Assembly (NCBI GenBank): GCA_946185305.1
Contig: CAMHJE010000003.1
Coordinates: 10,081 to 74,080, forward strand
Length of the DNA stretch: 64,000 nt
Direction: 5' to 3'
DNA from: an uncultured Clostridia bacterium
GTDB lineage: Bacteria > Bacillota > Clostridia > Christensenellales > CAG-138
The notes under the pieces: model-generated
Database searches by the model: none
Told to the model about the DNA's origin: nothing
The model's input: only the letters and a program-made list of their open reading frames with translations
Position numbers and translations under genes: made by a program
Shown: piece after piece, positions 1 to 8,171 of the stretch
How the letters are laid out: each line of letters opens with the position of its first letter
Numbering within the stretch: position 1 is the first letter of the stretch

Positions 1-246
1 GCAAAGCACGGCATCCGTCCGGTTCGGATCGGCGCAAAGTTCACATTTTTCCAAATCGGTATAGTTGCCGCAAAGAGGACAGGGATGAACATTTTTACGC
101 GCTTCGATGATCGCATCCGCAAGCTCCAAAGCCTGCTCCTCGGGAACGCTTAACAAAAAATAGGCAAACCGCTGCGCGGTTTTCCGTCCGACGCCGGGCA
201 TCCGCGCCAGCTGCGTCGTCAGTTTGTCGATGGAAGCAATTGCCAT
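1..246 (-). CDS. recR: Recombination mediator RecR (5' part; runs off window start)
   Basis: Manual translation MAIASIDKLTTQLARMPGVGRKTAQRFAYFLL...CPLCGNYTDLEKCELC: HhH motif plus C4 zinc finger; directly follows ybaB. Confidence 0.95.
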   Translation of the reverse strand, partial: MAIASIDKLTTQLARMPGVGRKTAQRFAYFLLSVPEEQALELADAIIEARKNVHPCPLCGNYTDLEKCELCADPNRTDAVLC

Positions 247-247
247 A

Positions 248-580
248 TCAGAAGCCTAAATTCATACCGCCGGTCAGCTTGCCCATTTCGCGCTCGACCG
301 TTTCGCTCGCTTCCTTGATAGCGGCATTGACGCCCGCCACAATCAGATCCTGCAGCATTTCAATATCACTCGGATCGACGACTGCCGGATCCAAAGTGAT
401 GGACTTCAATTCCTTTGTACCATAAACCGTCACAGATACCATACCGCCTCCGGCCTGCGCGGTAAATTCCGCCGCATTCAGCTCCGCCTGCTTCTTTTGC
501 ATATCCTGCTGCATCTTCTGTGCCTGCCGCATCAGCTGCTGCATATTGCCGCCGCCCATCGGGAATCCGCCTCTTGCCAT
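248..580 (-). CDS. ybaB: YbaB/EbfC nucleoid-associated protein
   Basis: MQQLMRQAQKMQ...AGGGMVSVT...DIEMLQDLIVAGVN; dnaX-ybaB-recR synteny. Confidence 0.95.
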   Translation of the reverse strand: MARGGFPMGGGNMQQLMRQAQKMQQDMQKKQAELNAAEFTAQAGGGMVSVTVYGTKELKSITLDPAVVDPSDIEMLQDLIVAGVNAAIKEASETVEREMGKLTGGMNLGF

Positions 581-603
581 ATTGTTTTCTCCTTTATTGC
601 TTA

Positions 604-2352
604 TTATTCTTCTATTTTCAATACATTGCCGAACAGCTCTTTTAATTTCTGTTCGGATTCATTCAGTCTTTCCGCCCGAAACAAAACCGTCGCCTCCGGA
701 TATATTTCGTGCAGACAGGATGCAATCACGTTCATATTGATCGACGCATTGCACATATTCATTTTCGTTTCCGCGTTGGTCGGAAACTCTACGATCAGCG
801 TATTATCCTGCCAGGCCACGCCGCTGCCCTCCCGCGCAAGATAATACACCATGGGATTTTTGACCTTGATCTTGTTCAATACCTGCTGCCAGATCGTATC
901 CGCTTCGCCGGTTGTCTTGATCGGCGCGGATTTGATCGGTTCAGGCGTATTTTCAGCTTTTGCATGATCGGATTCCGCCTTTTTCTCCGTCTGCGGAAGC
1001 TTTTCTTTTGCTGCCGCAGAAAATGTTTCACGGGAAACATTTTCTGTCGGTGCTTCTTCCTCCCACGGCGGAACATCCTCCGGCGGCGGCTCCGGGATAT
1101 AATCATCTTCGCTCACAGAGGAAGAATTTGACGAAGCCGATGAAAAACGGATCGGTTCCGCAGCGCTTTGCGAAGGTGTTTCGGTATTGATAGATACGTT
1201 GGATACCTTTACGCCGTTTTGTTCCAGCTGCGCAATTCTGGCTTCTAGCGCCTCCACGGAATGTTCATCCACAGGGCGGCATGCACGCACAAGCGTGGAT
1301 TCGAGCAGAATCCGCGGCGCAGGAAAATACCGCAGGTTAGATTGTGCGGAGAGCAGCTTTTCCATCGCATACAAAATCTGTGTTTCGCTCGCGCCCTTGG
1401 CCTGCTTGAGCAGCTGTGCCATCTGATCGTCGGTCACATCTAACAGATCGGTGCAGTCGCCGCATGTTTTGGCAAGCAAAAGACTTCTCAGATGCGCGTT
1501 CAGATCATTGGTAAAAACGGATAAATCGCGCCCGTTGCGAACGATCTCGTTCACGATCTCCATACACTTTGCCGCATCGCCTGCAAAAATGGCGCCGGAT
1601 AACGCAAACAGCGTTTCCTGTCCGACGCTGCCGAGCGTATCGAGTACATCCTGTTTTGTGACGTTACTGCCGCAGAAGGAAAGACATTGATCGGCAAGCG
1701 ACAGCGCATCACGCATACCGCCGTCCGCCGCGCGCGCGATCAACCGCAGTCCGTCCGGTTCCATCGTGGCGCCTACGCTTTTGAGTACCGTTTGCAGCCG
1801 TGCAATGATATGTGCAATCGTCAAGCGGTGAAAGTCGAACCGCTGACAGCGGGAAATGATCGTCGCCGGGAGCTTTTGCGGCTCGGTCGTCGCCAGAATG
1901 AACAAGACATGCGCAGGCGGTTCCTCAAGCGTTTTCAGCAGCGCATTGAACGCCGCAGTCGAAAGCATGTGAACCTCGTCGATGATAAAAACACGATAGC
2001 GAAGCTGCAGCGGCGCAAACTGCGCCTGATCAATCAGCTCGCGGACGTTATCGACGCCGTTGTTGGATGCCGCATCGATTTCGATGATATCGGCGGTGCC
2101 TTCTTTGGCGATCCGGCAGGCTTCACATTCGCCGCACGGTTCGCCGTCATGCGGGGAAAGGCAGTTGACCGCGCGCGCCAATATCTTTGCCGAGCTGGTT
2201 TTGCCAGTGCCGCGCGAGCCGCAGAACAGATAAGCATGAGAAAAATTCTGTTCCCGTACCTGATTTTTCAATATTGTCGTGACATGATCCTGCCCGATCA
2301 CCTCTGAAAAATCGCGGGGACGATATTCCCGATACAATGCCCTTTTGCTCAT
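604..2352 (-). CDS. dnaX: DNA polymerase III subunit gamma/tau
   Basis: ALYREYRP, GSRGTGKT Walker A, IDEVHML, NALLKTLEEPP, SRCQRF. Confidence 0.97.
   Translation of the reverse strand: MSKRALYREYRPRDFSEVIGQDHVTTILKNQVREQNFSHAYLFCGSRGTGKTSSAKILARAVNCLSPHDGEPCGECEACRIAKEGTADIIEIDAASNNGVDNVRELIDQAQFAPLQLRYRVFIIDEVHMLSTAAFNALLKTLEEPPAHVLFILATTEPQKLPATIISRCQRFDFHRLTIAHIIARLQTVLKSVGATMEPDGLRLIARAADGGMRDALSLADQCLSFCGSNVTKQDVLDTLGSVGQETLFALSGAIFAGDAAKCMEIVNEIVRNGRDLSVFTNDLNAHLRSLLLAKTCGDCTDLLDVTDDQMAQLLKQAKGASETQILYAMEKLLSAQSNLRYFPAPRILLESTLVRACRPVDEHSVEALEARIAQLEQNGVKVSNVSINTETPSQSAAEPIRFSSASSNSSSVSEDDYIPEPPPEDVPPWEEEAPTENVSRETFSAAAKEKLPQTEKKAESDHAKAENTPEPIKSAPIKTTGEADTIWQQVLNKIKVKNPMVYYLAREGSGVAWQDNTLIVEFPTNAETKMNMCNASINMNVIASCLHEIYPEATVLFRAERLNESEQKLKELFGNVLKIEE
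1024..1039. promoter_or_regulatory. parS (ParB/Spo0J) site inside dnaX
   Basis: TGTTTCACGGGAAACA, one mismatch to TGTTTCACGTGAAACA, about 3 kb from oriC. Confidence 0.75.
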
Positions 2353-2635
2353 GGCGCGCTTCCTTTACCCGATAGATAGATTCAGTATAGCATAGTTTTT
2401 GCTTCTTCACAACTTTATTTTTTTATAAAGACAATGTCGCTTTCTTCTATATGCCTGTACCGTCCTTTTGATGGGTTCACACAGGCTTTTCCTTATCCCA
2501 TATATGCACCCTGAACGCCGGAAAATGCCTTTTTGGGTCTTTATAGACCAAGAGGCACGGAAATTTTCCTTTCCTTTTTCCCGCATTTCTGTTAAAATCA
2601 TTCTGTCACAATATGCATTATGGAGTATTACATAT

Positions 2636-3955
2636 ATGGAAGAATACAAGCAGCTTTGGACGGAAGCCATGGAACACGTCCGATCGTCCATTCCAGATCT
2701 CAGCTACCGGCGATGGATCGAGCCTTTAAAGCCTGTCGTCATTGAGCATTCGATTTTCGTGATCGAAGCGCCCGATGAAATCACCAAATCCACCGTATCA
2801 AAATTTTATCTCGATGCGGTTCGACAGGCCGTGCAAACCGCCGACCCATCCCTGATCGATGTCATGCTGATCCTTCCCGCGCAGCGCGAAGGCTTTTTGA
2901 ACATGGCGCAGGAGCCGAAGGAGCGTCCGGCGCTGATGCTGAATCCGAAATATACATTCGATACGTTCGTCGTCGGCAAATCCAACAACTTTGCCCACGC
3001 GGCGGCAGCGGCCGTTGCCGAGGAACCGGGCAAATCCTATAATCCGCTGTTTATCTACGGCGGCGTGGGACTCGGCAAAACGCATCTGATGCACGCCATC
3101 GGTCATGAAATGCTGCGCCGCGACGCGTCCGCCCGCATTGTGTATGTGACGAGCGAGATGTTTACGAACGATCTGATCGAAGCCCTTCGCCTCGGTAAAA
3201 ATGTCGAATTCCGGCAGAAATACCGCAACGTAGATCTGTTGATGATCGATGACGTGCAGTTTATCGCCAATAAGCAGTCCGTGCAGGAGGAGTTTTTCAA
3301 CACCTTCAACGCGCTGCATAATCTCGGCAAGCAAATCGTCATCAGCTCCGACCGTCCGCCAAAGGAGATCAAGCCGCTGGAAGAGCGTCTTTCCTCGCGC
3401 TTTGAATGGGGTCTTGTGGCGGACATTCAGCCGCCGGATCGGGAAACGCGTATTGCTATTTTGAAAAACCGCGCGCAGCTCGAGCACGTCGATATCGACG
3501 ATGAAATCATTTTGTTTATCGCAGAGCATATCCAAAACAATATCCGTCAGCTTGAGGGCAGCCTGACGCGCGTAATCGCATTTTCAAGGCTCAAAAACGT
3601 GCCTATTACGCTGTCGCTTGCGCAGGAGGCGCTGCACGATCTGCTGCCGGACGAAAAAAAGGTCGCCATCACGCCGGATCGCATTAAAGAAGCGGTTGCA
3701 TCGTATTATTCGGTGACGGTGGAGCTTCTGATGTCGCAGCGGCGGGATAAGGAGGTCGTGCTTCCGCGCCAGGTCGCTATGTACCTGTGTCAGCAAAAGC
3801 TGAGCCTGCCGTATAAAAAGATCGCGCAGCTGTTCGACCGCGGGGATCATACGACGGCGATTTCCGCCTGCAAAAAGGTCGCTGCCATGGCGGCGGAGGA
3901 TTCTTCCTTTGCGGATCAGCTCAAAAATATCGAAAGCCGCCTGATGAGCAACTAA
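2636..3955 (+). CDS. dnaA: Chromosomal replication initiator DnaA
   Basis: LNPKYTFDTFVVG, YNPLFIYGGVGLGKTHL, IDDVQF, RLSSRFEWG, DHTT; start at ATG 2636 after GGAG. Confidence 0.97.
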   Translation: MEEYKQLWTEAMEHVRSSIPDLSYRRWIEPLKPVVIEHSIFVIEAPDEITKSTVSKFYLDAVRQAVQTADPSLIDVMLILPAQREGFLNMAQEPKERPALMLNPKYTFDTFVVGKSNNFAHAAAAAVAEEPGKSYNPLFIYGGVGLGKTHLMHAIGHEMLRRDASARIVYVTSEMFTNDLIEALRLGKNVEFRQKYRNVDLLMIDDVQFIANKQSVQEEFFNTFNALHNLGKQIVISSDRPPKEIKPLEERLSSRFEWGLVADIQPPDRETRIAILKNRAQLEHVDIDDEIILFIAEHIQNNIRQLEGSLTRVIAFSRLKNVPITLSLAQEALHDLLPDEKKVAITPDRIKEAVASYYSVTVELLMSQRRDKEVVLPRQVAMYLCQQKLSLPYKKIAQLFDRGDHTTAISACKKVAAMAAEDSSFADQLKNIESRLMSN

Positions 3956-3960
3956 ATAAG

Positions 3961-4175
3961 AATGTTCACTTATCCACCGTATGTGGATTTGAAAAGTGGA
4001 TAAATTTTGGATCTTGTGGCTTGTGCGGACAAGGTGGAAAACCCTCCCGGCTTTCCCACAGGGTTATCCCCCGGTTTATCACCGCAAAAAGGGCGATAAA
4101 GTCGGGTCAAAAACAGGTTTTCAACGGTTTCCACACCACCTACTACTATTACTACTGAAATAATCTATCTATATA
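3961..4175. promoter_or_regulatory. Replication origin oriC (DnaA boxes, DnaA-trios, AT-rich tract)
   Basis: TTATCCACC 3970-3978, TGTGGATTT 3982-3990, AGTGGATAA 3995-4003, tandem TTTTCAACG/GTTTCCACA 4118-4135, then TACTACTATTACTAC 4141-4155 and AT-rich sequence; matches the B. subtilis basal unwinding layout. Confidence 0.88.
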
Positions 4176-4205
4176 TGGTTGTACACAGCGGAAAGGATGG
4201 CAAAT

Positions 4206-5300
4206 ATGAAGTTTTCTGTGGATGCAAACGAACTGCAAAACGGTATTTTTTCGGTCATTAAGGCGCTGCCGCTCCGTTCGGCCATGCCGGTGCTCGACGG
4301 TATCCTGATGGAAGCGACAAAGAAGGGTCTGCATCTGGCCTGTTCCGATCTGATGTTCCAAAAGGAATGTCTGCTCGACGCTTCTATTGAAGAGGAAGGG
4401 GCCTGCGTCGTAAAGGGCAAGTTTTTTGCCGAGGTTTTGCGCAAGCTGCCGGAGGGTCGTGTGGAGTTTACCTTGGAGGGACAGGTGCTGCATATCAAGT
4501 GCGGCCGCGTGCGGCAGCGGATGCAGTGCATCGAGTATGATGAATTCCCTCTGATGAAGGTCAAGGGCGATATCTACGATCTGAAAATCCCGAAGGATAC
4601 GTTCAAGAACATGGTCGAGCACACGGTGTTTGCCGTTTCACAGGACGATTCCCGCCCGGTGCTGACCGGTACGCTGCTGGAGGTCACCGAGGATACGCTG
4701 TCGCTTGTTGCAACCGACTCGTTCCAGTTTGCCATGACGAAATTCCGCTCCGAAACGGCGATGCAACCGCGCAGCACGATCGTGCAGGGCAAGGTGCTTT
4801 CCGAAATCGGCAAAATGGCCGAGGAAGCGGATGAAACGGTGACGCTGTCGCTGACAAACACGCATATTACGGTGTCGGTTGGCGTCACGCGGCTGACCGC
4901 GCGCCTGCTCGACGGCAACTATATCGACTATAAGCGTATTCTGCCGAAGGACTGCAAGACGCGCGTGCTCGTCAACGTTTCGATTCTGGCCGAAATGATC
5001 GACCGTGCGCAGCTGATCTCGCGCGAGGGCAACAACAGCATCCAGTTCAAGTTTGAGGACAATACGATGCAGCTGAAGGCGGAAAGCTATCTCGGCAGAG
5101 TGGAGGACGAAGCCGAGGTACAGATCGTCGGCGATCCGATTGAAATTGCCTTCAATCCGAAGTATTTCATCAATGTTTTGCGCAACATTACCGATGAAAC
5201 CGTGTATCTGGAATTCAACAGCGCGATTAGCCCGTGCGTGCTGCGCCCCGTGCAGGGCGATGCGTACCTGTATCTGATCGTGCCGATGCGTGTGTATTAA
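4206..5300 (+). CDS. dnaN: DNA polymerase III beta clamp
   Basis: [43 protein letters not shown]; follows dnaA. Confidence 0.97.
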   Translation: MKFSVDANELQNGIFSVIKALPLRSAMPVLDGILMEATKKGLHLACSDLMFQKECLLDASIEEEGACVVKGKFFAEVLRKLPEGRVEFTLEGQVLHIKCGRVRQRMQCIEYDEFPLMKVKGDIYDLKIPKDTFKNMVEHTVFAVSQDDSRPVLTGTLLEVTEDTLSLVATDSFQFAMTKFRSETAMQPRSTIVQGKVLSEIGKMAEEADETVTLSLTNTHITVSVGVTRLTARLLDGNYIDYKRILPKDCKTRVLVNVSILAEMIDRAQLISREGNNSIQFKFEDNTMQLKAESYLGRVEDEAEVQIVGDPIEIAFNPKYFINVLRNITDETVYLEFNSAISPCVLRPVQGDAYLYLIVPMRVY

Positions 5301-5326
5301 AAAAACATAAGGAAGGGAGAAACGGA

Positions 5327-6313
5327 ATGAAAGGAAGAAGCTTTTTAACGCTGTTGGATTATACACCGGACGAGATTCGAAAGCTGCTGGATCTGGCCGC
5401 CAAGGTCAAAGAGGAAAAGAAAAACGGCGTCTTTCCGGAACGATTGAAGCATAAAAACATCGTGCTGCTGTTTGAAAAAACGAGCACGCGTACCCGCTGC
5501 GCGTTTGAAACCGCAGGGTATGACGAGGGCGCGCGCGTCACGTTTTTGTCCAACTCGCAGATGGGCAAGAAGGAATCGCTGGAGGATACCGCAAAGGTGC
5601 TCGGCCGGTTCTATGACGGCATCGAATTTCGCGGCTTCAAGCAGGAAACCGTCGAGCTTTTGGCCAAATACAGCGGCGTTCCGGTATGGAACGGCTTGAC
5701 CGATCTGTACCATCCGACCCAGGTGCTTGCCGATCTTTTGACAATAAAAGAGCATGTCAAAAAGCCGTTGAACGAGGTGAAATTTGTTTTCGTCGGCGAC
5801 GCGCGAAACAATATGGGCAATTCTCTGATGATCGGCTGCGCCAAGATGGGCATGCACTTTACCGCGCTTGCGCCCAAAAGCCTGTTCCCGTCCGAGGAGC
5901 TGGTGGAGAAAATGCGCGCGCTTTGCAAAACCACCGGCGGTACGATCACGCTGTCCGATCAGCTTGAAGCTGTCGAGGGGGCGGACGTGATTTATACGGA
6001 CGTTTGGGTGTCGATGGGCGAGGAGGACCAGTATCCTGCAAGGATCGCGCTCCTGTCGCCGTATAAGGTAGACGCCTCGCTGATGGCGCGCACGCACAAC
6101 CCGGATGTGAAGTTTATGCATTGTCTGCCGTCGTTCCACGATCTGGAAACGACCGTCGGCAAGTCGGTCTACGAAACCTACGGCCTCAAGGAAATGGAGG
6201 TTTCCGACGAAGTCTTCCGCAGCAATGCATCCATTGTCTTTGATGAAGCCGAAAATCGTATGCATACGATCAAGGCCGTCATGCTTGCGACGATGACGGA
6301 TATTTTGGACTGA
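5327..6313 (+). CDS. argF: Ornithine carbamoyltransferase
   Basis: [32 protein letters not shown]. Confidence 0.95.
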   Translation: MKGRSFLTLLDYTPDEIRKLLDLAAKVKEEKKNGVFPERLKHKNIVLLFEKTSTRTRCAFETAGYDEGARVTFLSNSQMGKKESLEDTAKVLGRFYDGIEFRGFKQETVELLAKYSGVPVWNGLTDLYHPTQVLADLLTIKEHVKKPLNEVKFVFVGDARNNMGNSLMIGCAKMGMHFTALAPKSLFPSEELVEKMRALCKTTGGTITLSDQLEAVEGADVIYTDVWVSMGEEDQYPARIALLSPYKVDASLMARTHNPDVKFMHCLPSFHDLETTVGKSVYETYGLKEMEVSDEVFRSNASIVFDEAENRMHTIKAVMLATMTDILD

Positions 6314-6322
6314 GTAGTTTAA

Positions 6323-6481
6323 TTAAGGCAGCAGCTTCAATCCCAATACGATCATGACTGCGCCGAGTATACAACAGAATACCCAAAACGGCACACAGCA
6401 AAGCAACAGCAGCAGCCCGACGGCGACAAGCCCAATGGCGGCTGCTTTTTGTATGGGAAAGGAAGGACGGCAGGAACGCAT
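6323..6481 (-). CDS. Small two-TM membrane protein (52 aa, not in ORF track)
   Basis: MRSCRPSFPIQKAAAIGLVAVGLLLLLCCVPFWVFCCILGAVMIVLGLKLLP; AAGGAG RBS just upstream of ATG. Confidence 0.75.
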   Translation of the reverse strand: MRSCRPSFPIQKAAAIGLVAVGLLLLLCCVPFWVFCCILGAVMIVLGLKLLP

Positions 6482-6501
6482 ACAAAATCTCCTTTTTTCT
6501 T

Positions 6502-6530
6502 TATCGTATGCCCTTTATGCAAAAATTGTG
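6502..6530 (-). promoter_or_regulatory. Putative sigma-K-type promoter of the small membrane gene
   Basis: Minus strand CACA-N16-CATACGATA. Confidence 0.5.
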
Positions 6531-6602
6531 ATATGAAAGGCGCCGCACCCAAATGTAAGAGAAGATCATACTATACAGCATCACAAACAAACGGAGGAAA
6601 TC

Positions 6603-7349
6603 ATGGAATCCGCTTTATTGACATTACGCGATGTCTCGTTGTCTTACTTCACCGAGCGTGAGCAGACGCAGGCAATCGCGGGTTTGCATATGCAAATACA
6701 AAGAGGAGAGTTTGCGGCGATCGTCGGCCCGTCCGGGTGCGGCAAAACAAGCCTGCTTTCTTTGATCATGGGTTTGCACGACGCGCAAAGCGGCACCGTA
6801 TCGTTCGACCGTGAGGGCGTCCGGATCGGTTATATGCTGCAAAAGGATCATCTTTTGGAATGGCGCACGGTTGAAAAGAATGTGCTGCTCGGCCTGGAGG
6901 TGCAGCACCGGCTAAATGAACAATCCAAGGCGCACGCGATCCGGCTTTTGGAGCAATACGGCCTCGGTCCGTTTTTGCAGTATTATCCGGCGCAGCTGTC
7001 GGGCGGGATGCGGCAAAAGGTCGCGCTGATCCGCACGCTGGCACTGGACCCGGAGCTGCTGCTGCTCGACGAGCCGTTTTCGGCGCTCGATTATCAGACG
7101 CGCCTGCAGCTCGGCGACGAGGTCTATCGCATCATCCGCGAACAGAACAAGACGGCTATTTTGGTGACGCACGATATCTCGGAAGCCGTTGCGATGGCAG
7201 ATCGCGTGATCGTATTTACCAAGCGGCCGTCCCGCGTGAAAACCGAGATACAGACCGGCTTTGATCCGGCGCTGTCGCCGCTCGAACGACGCCGGATGCC
7301 GGCGTTTATGCCGCTGTATGACAGCGTATGGAAGGAGATCGACCGATGA
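6603..7349 (+). CDS. NitT/TauT-family ABC ATP-binding protein (YtlC-like)
   Basis: GPSGCGKT, LSGGMRQK, LLLDEPFSALD, VTHD. Confidence 0.9.
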   Translation: MESALLTLRDVSLSYFTEREQTQAIAGLHMQIQRGEFAAIVGPSGCGKTSLLSLIMGLHDAQSGTVSFDREGVRIGYMLQKDHLLEWRTVEKNVLLGLEVQHRLNEQSKAHAIRLLEQYGLGPFLQYYPAQLSGGMRQKVALIRTLALDPELLLLDEPFSALDYQTRLQLGDEVYRIIREQNKTAILVTHDISEAVAMADRVIVFTKRPSRVKTEIQTGFDPALSPLERRRMPAFMPLYDSVWKEIDR

Positions 7350-8131
7350 ACGACGCCTATTCTGTATATTTACGAAAGCAAAAGCGAAAAAAACGCCTGA
7401 TCACAGGCGGGCAGATCGGCGTGCTTGTGGGATTTTTCGGCTTGTGGGAGCTTGGCGCTTCCCTTGGCTGGTTCGATCCGTTCATTTTATCGAGTCCGTC
7501 GCGCGTGTGGGCGACGGCGGTGCGGTTATACGAAAGCGGCGAGCTGTGGCTGCACATCGGTGCAACGCTGTATGAAACGGTTTTAGGCTTTCTGCTCGGC
7601 ACGGCGCTCGGTACGCTGCTGGCTGTGGTGCTGTGGTGGCTGCCTGCGCTGCATCGGATTTTGGATCCTTACTTAGTCGTATTGAATGCGCTGCCGAAAA
7701 TCGCGCTCGGCCCAGTGCTGATCGTTTGGATCGGCGCGGGCATGGCTTCCATCATTGTGATGGGCGTGCTCGTGTCGCTGATCGTCACAACCGTGACCGT
7801 GCTGAACGGCTTTACCAAGACGACCGATGAAAAACAGCTTTTGATGCGCACGCTCGGCGCGACCAAAACGCAAATTTTCTGCAAGGTCGTGCTGCCGGCG
7901 GGCTTGAATGATATGATCGCCGCGCTGAAAATCTCGGTCGGCATGACGTGGGTGGGTGTAATCGTCGGCGAATACCTTGTCAGCAAGGCGGGGCTCGGCT
8001 ATCTGATCGTATACGGCGGGCAGGTGTTTAAGCTCGATCTGGTCATGGCAAGCGTCGTGATCCTGTGCATCCTTGCCGCGCTGATGTACGAAGCCGTTGC
8101 GCTGCTCGAAAGAAAATTGACCCACCGGTAA
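7346..8131 (+). CDS. NitT/TauT-family ABC permease (YtlD-like)
   Basis: SSPSRV, LNALPKIALGP, VGEYLVSKAGLGYLI; ATGA overlap with ATPase. Confidence 0.9.
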   Translation: MNDAYSVYLRKQKRKKRLITGGQIGVLVGFFGLWELGASLGWFDPFILSSPSRVWATAVRLYESGELWLHIGATLYETVLGFLLGTALGTLLAVVLWWLPALHRILDPYLVVLNALPKIALGPVLIVWIGAGMASIIVMGVLVSLIVTTVTVLNGFTKTTDEKQLLMRTLGATKTQIFCKVVLPAGLNDMIAALKISVGMTWVGVIVGEYLVSKAGLGYLIVYGGQVFKLDLVMASVVILCILAALMYEAVALLERKLTHR

Positions 8132-8132
8132 G

Positions 8133-8171
8133 AAAAATCCGTCGCTGCAGCGAGACAACGACGGATTTTTT
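8133..8171. terminator. Bidirectional intrinsic terminator
   Basis: AAAAATCCGTCG...CGACGGATTTTT between convergent genes. Confidence 0.75.

Noticed and set aside
900-1150. Programmed dnaX frameshift
   Set aside because: No A AAA AAG heptamer or long A run seen.
6400-6450. Terminator or ncRNA after argF
   Set aside because: Better explained as the antisense of the 52-aa membrane ORF; the stem is short with a long loop.
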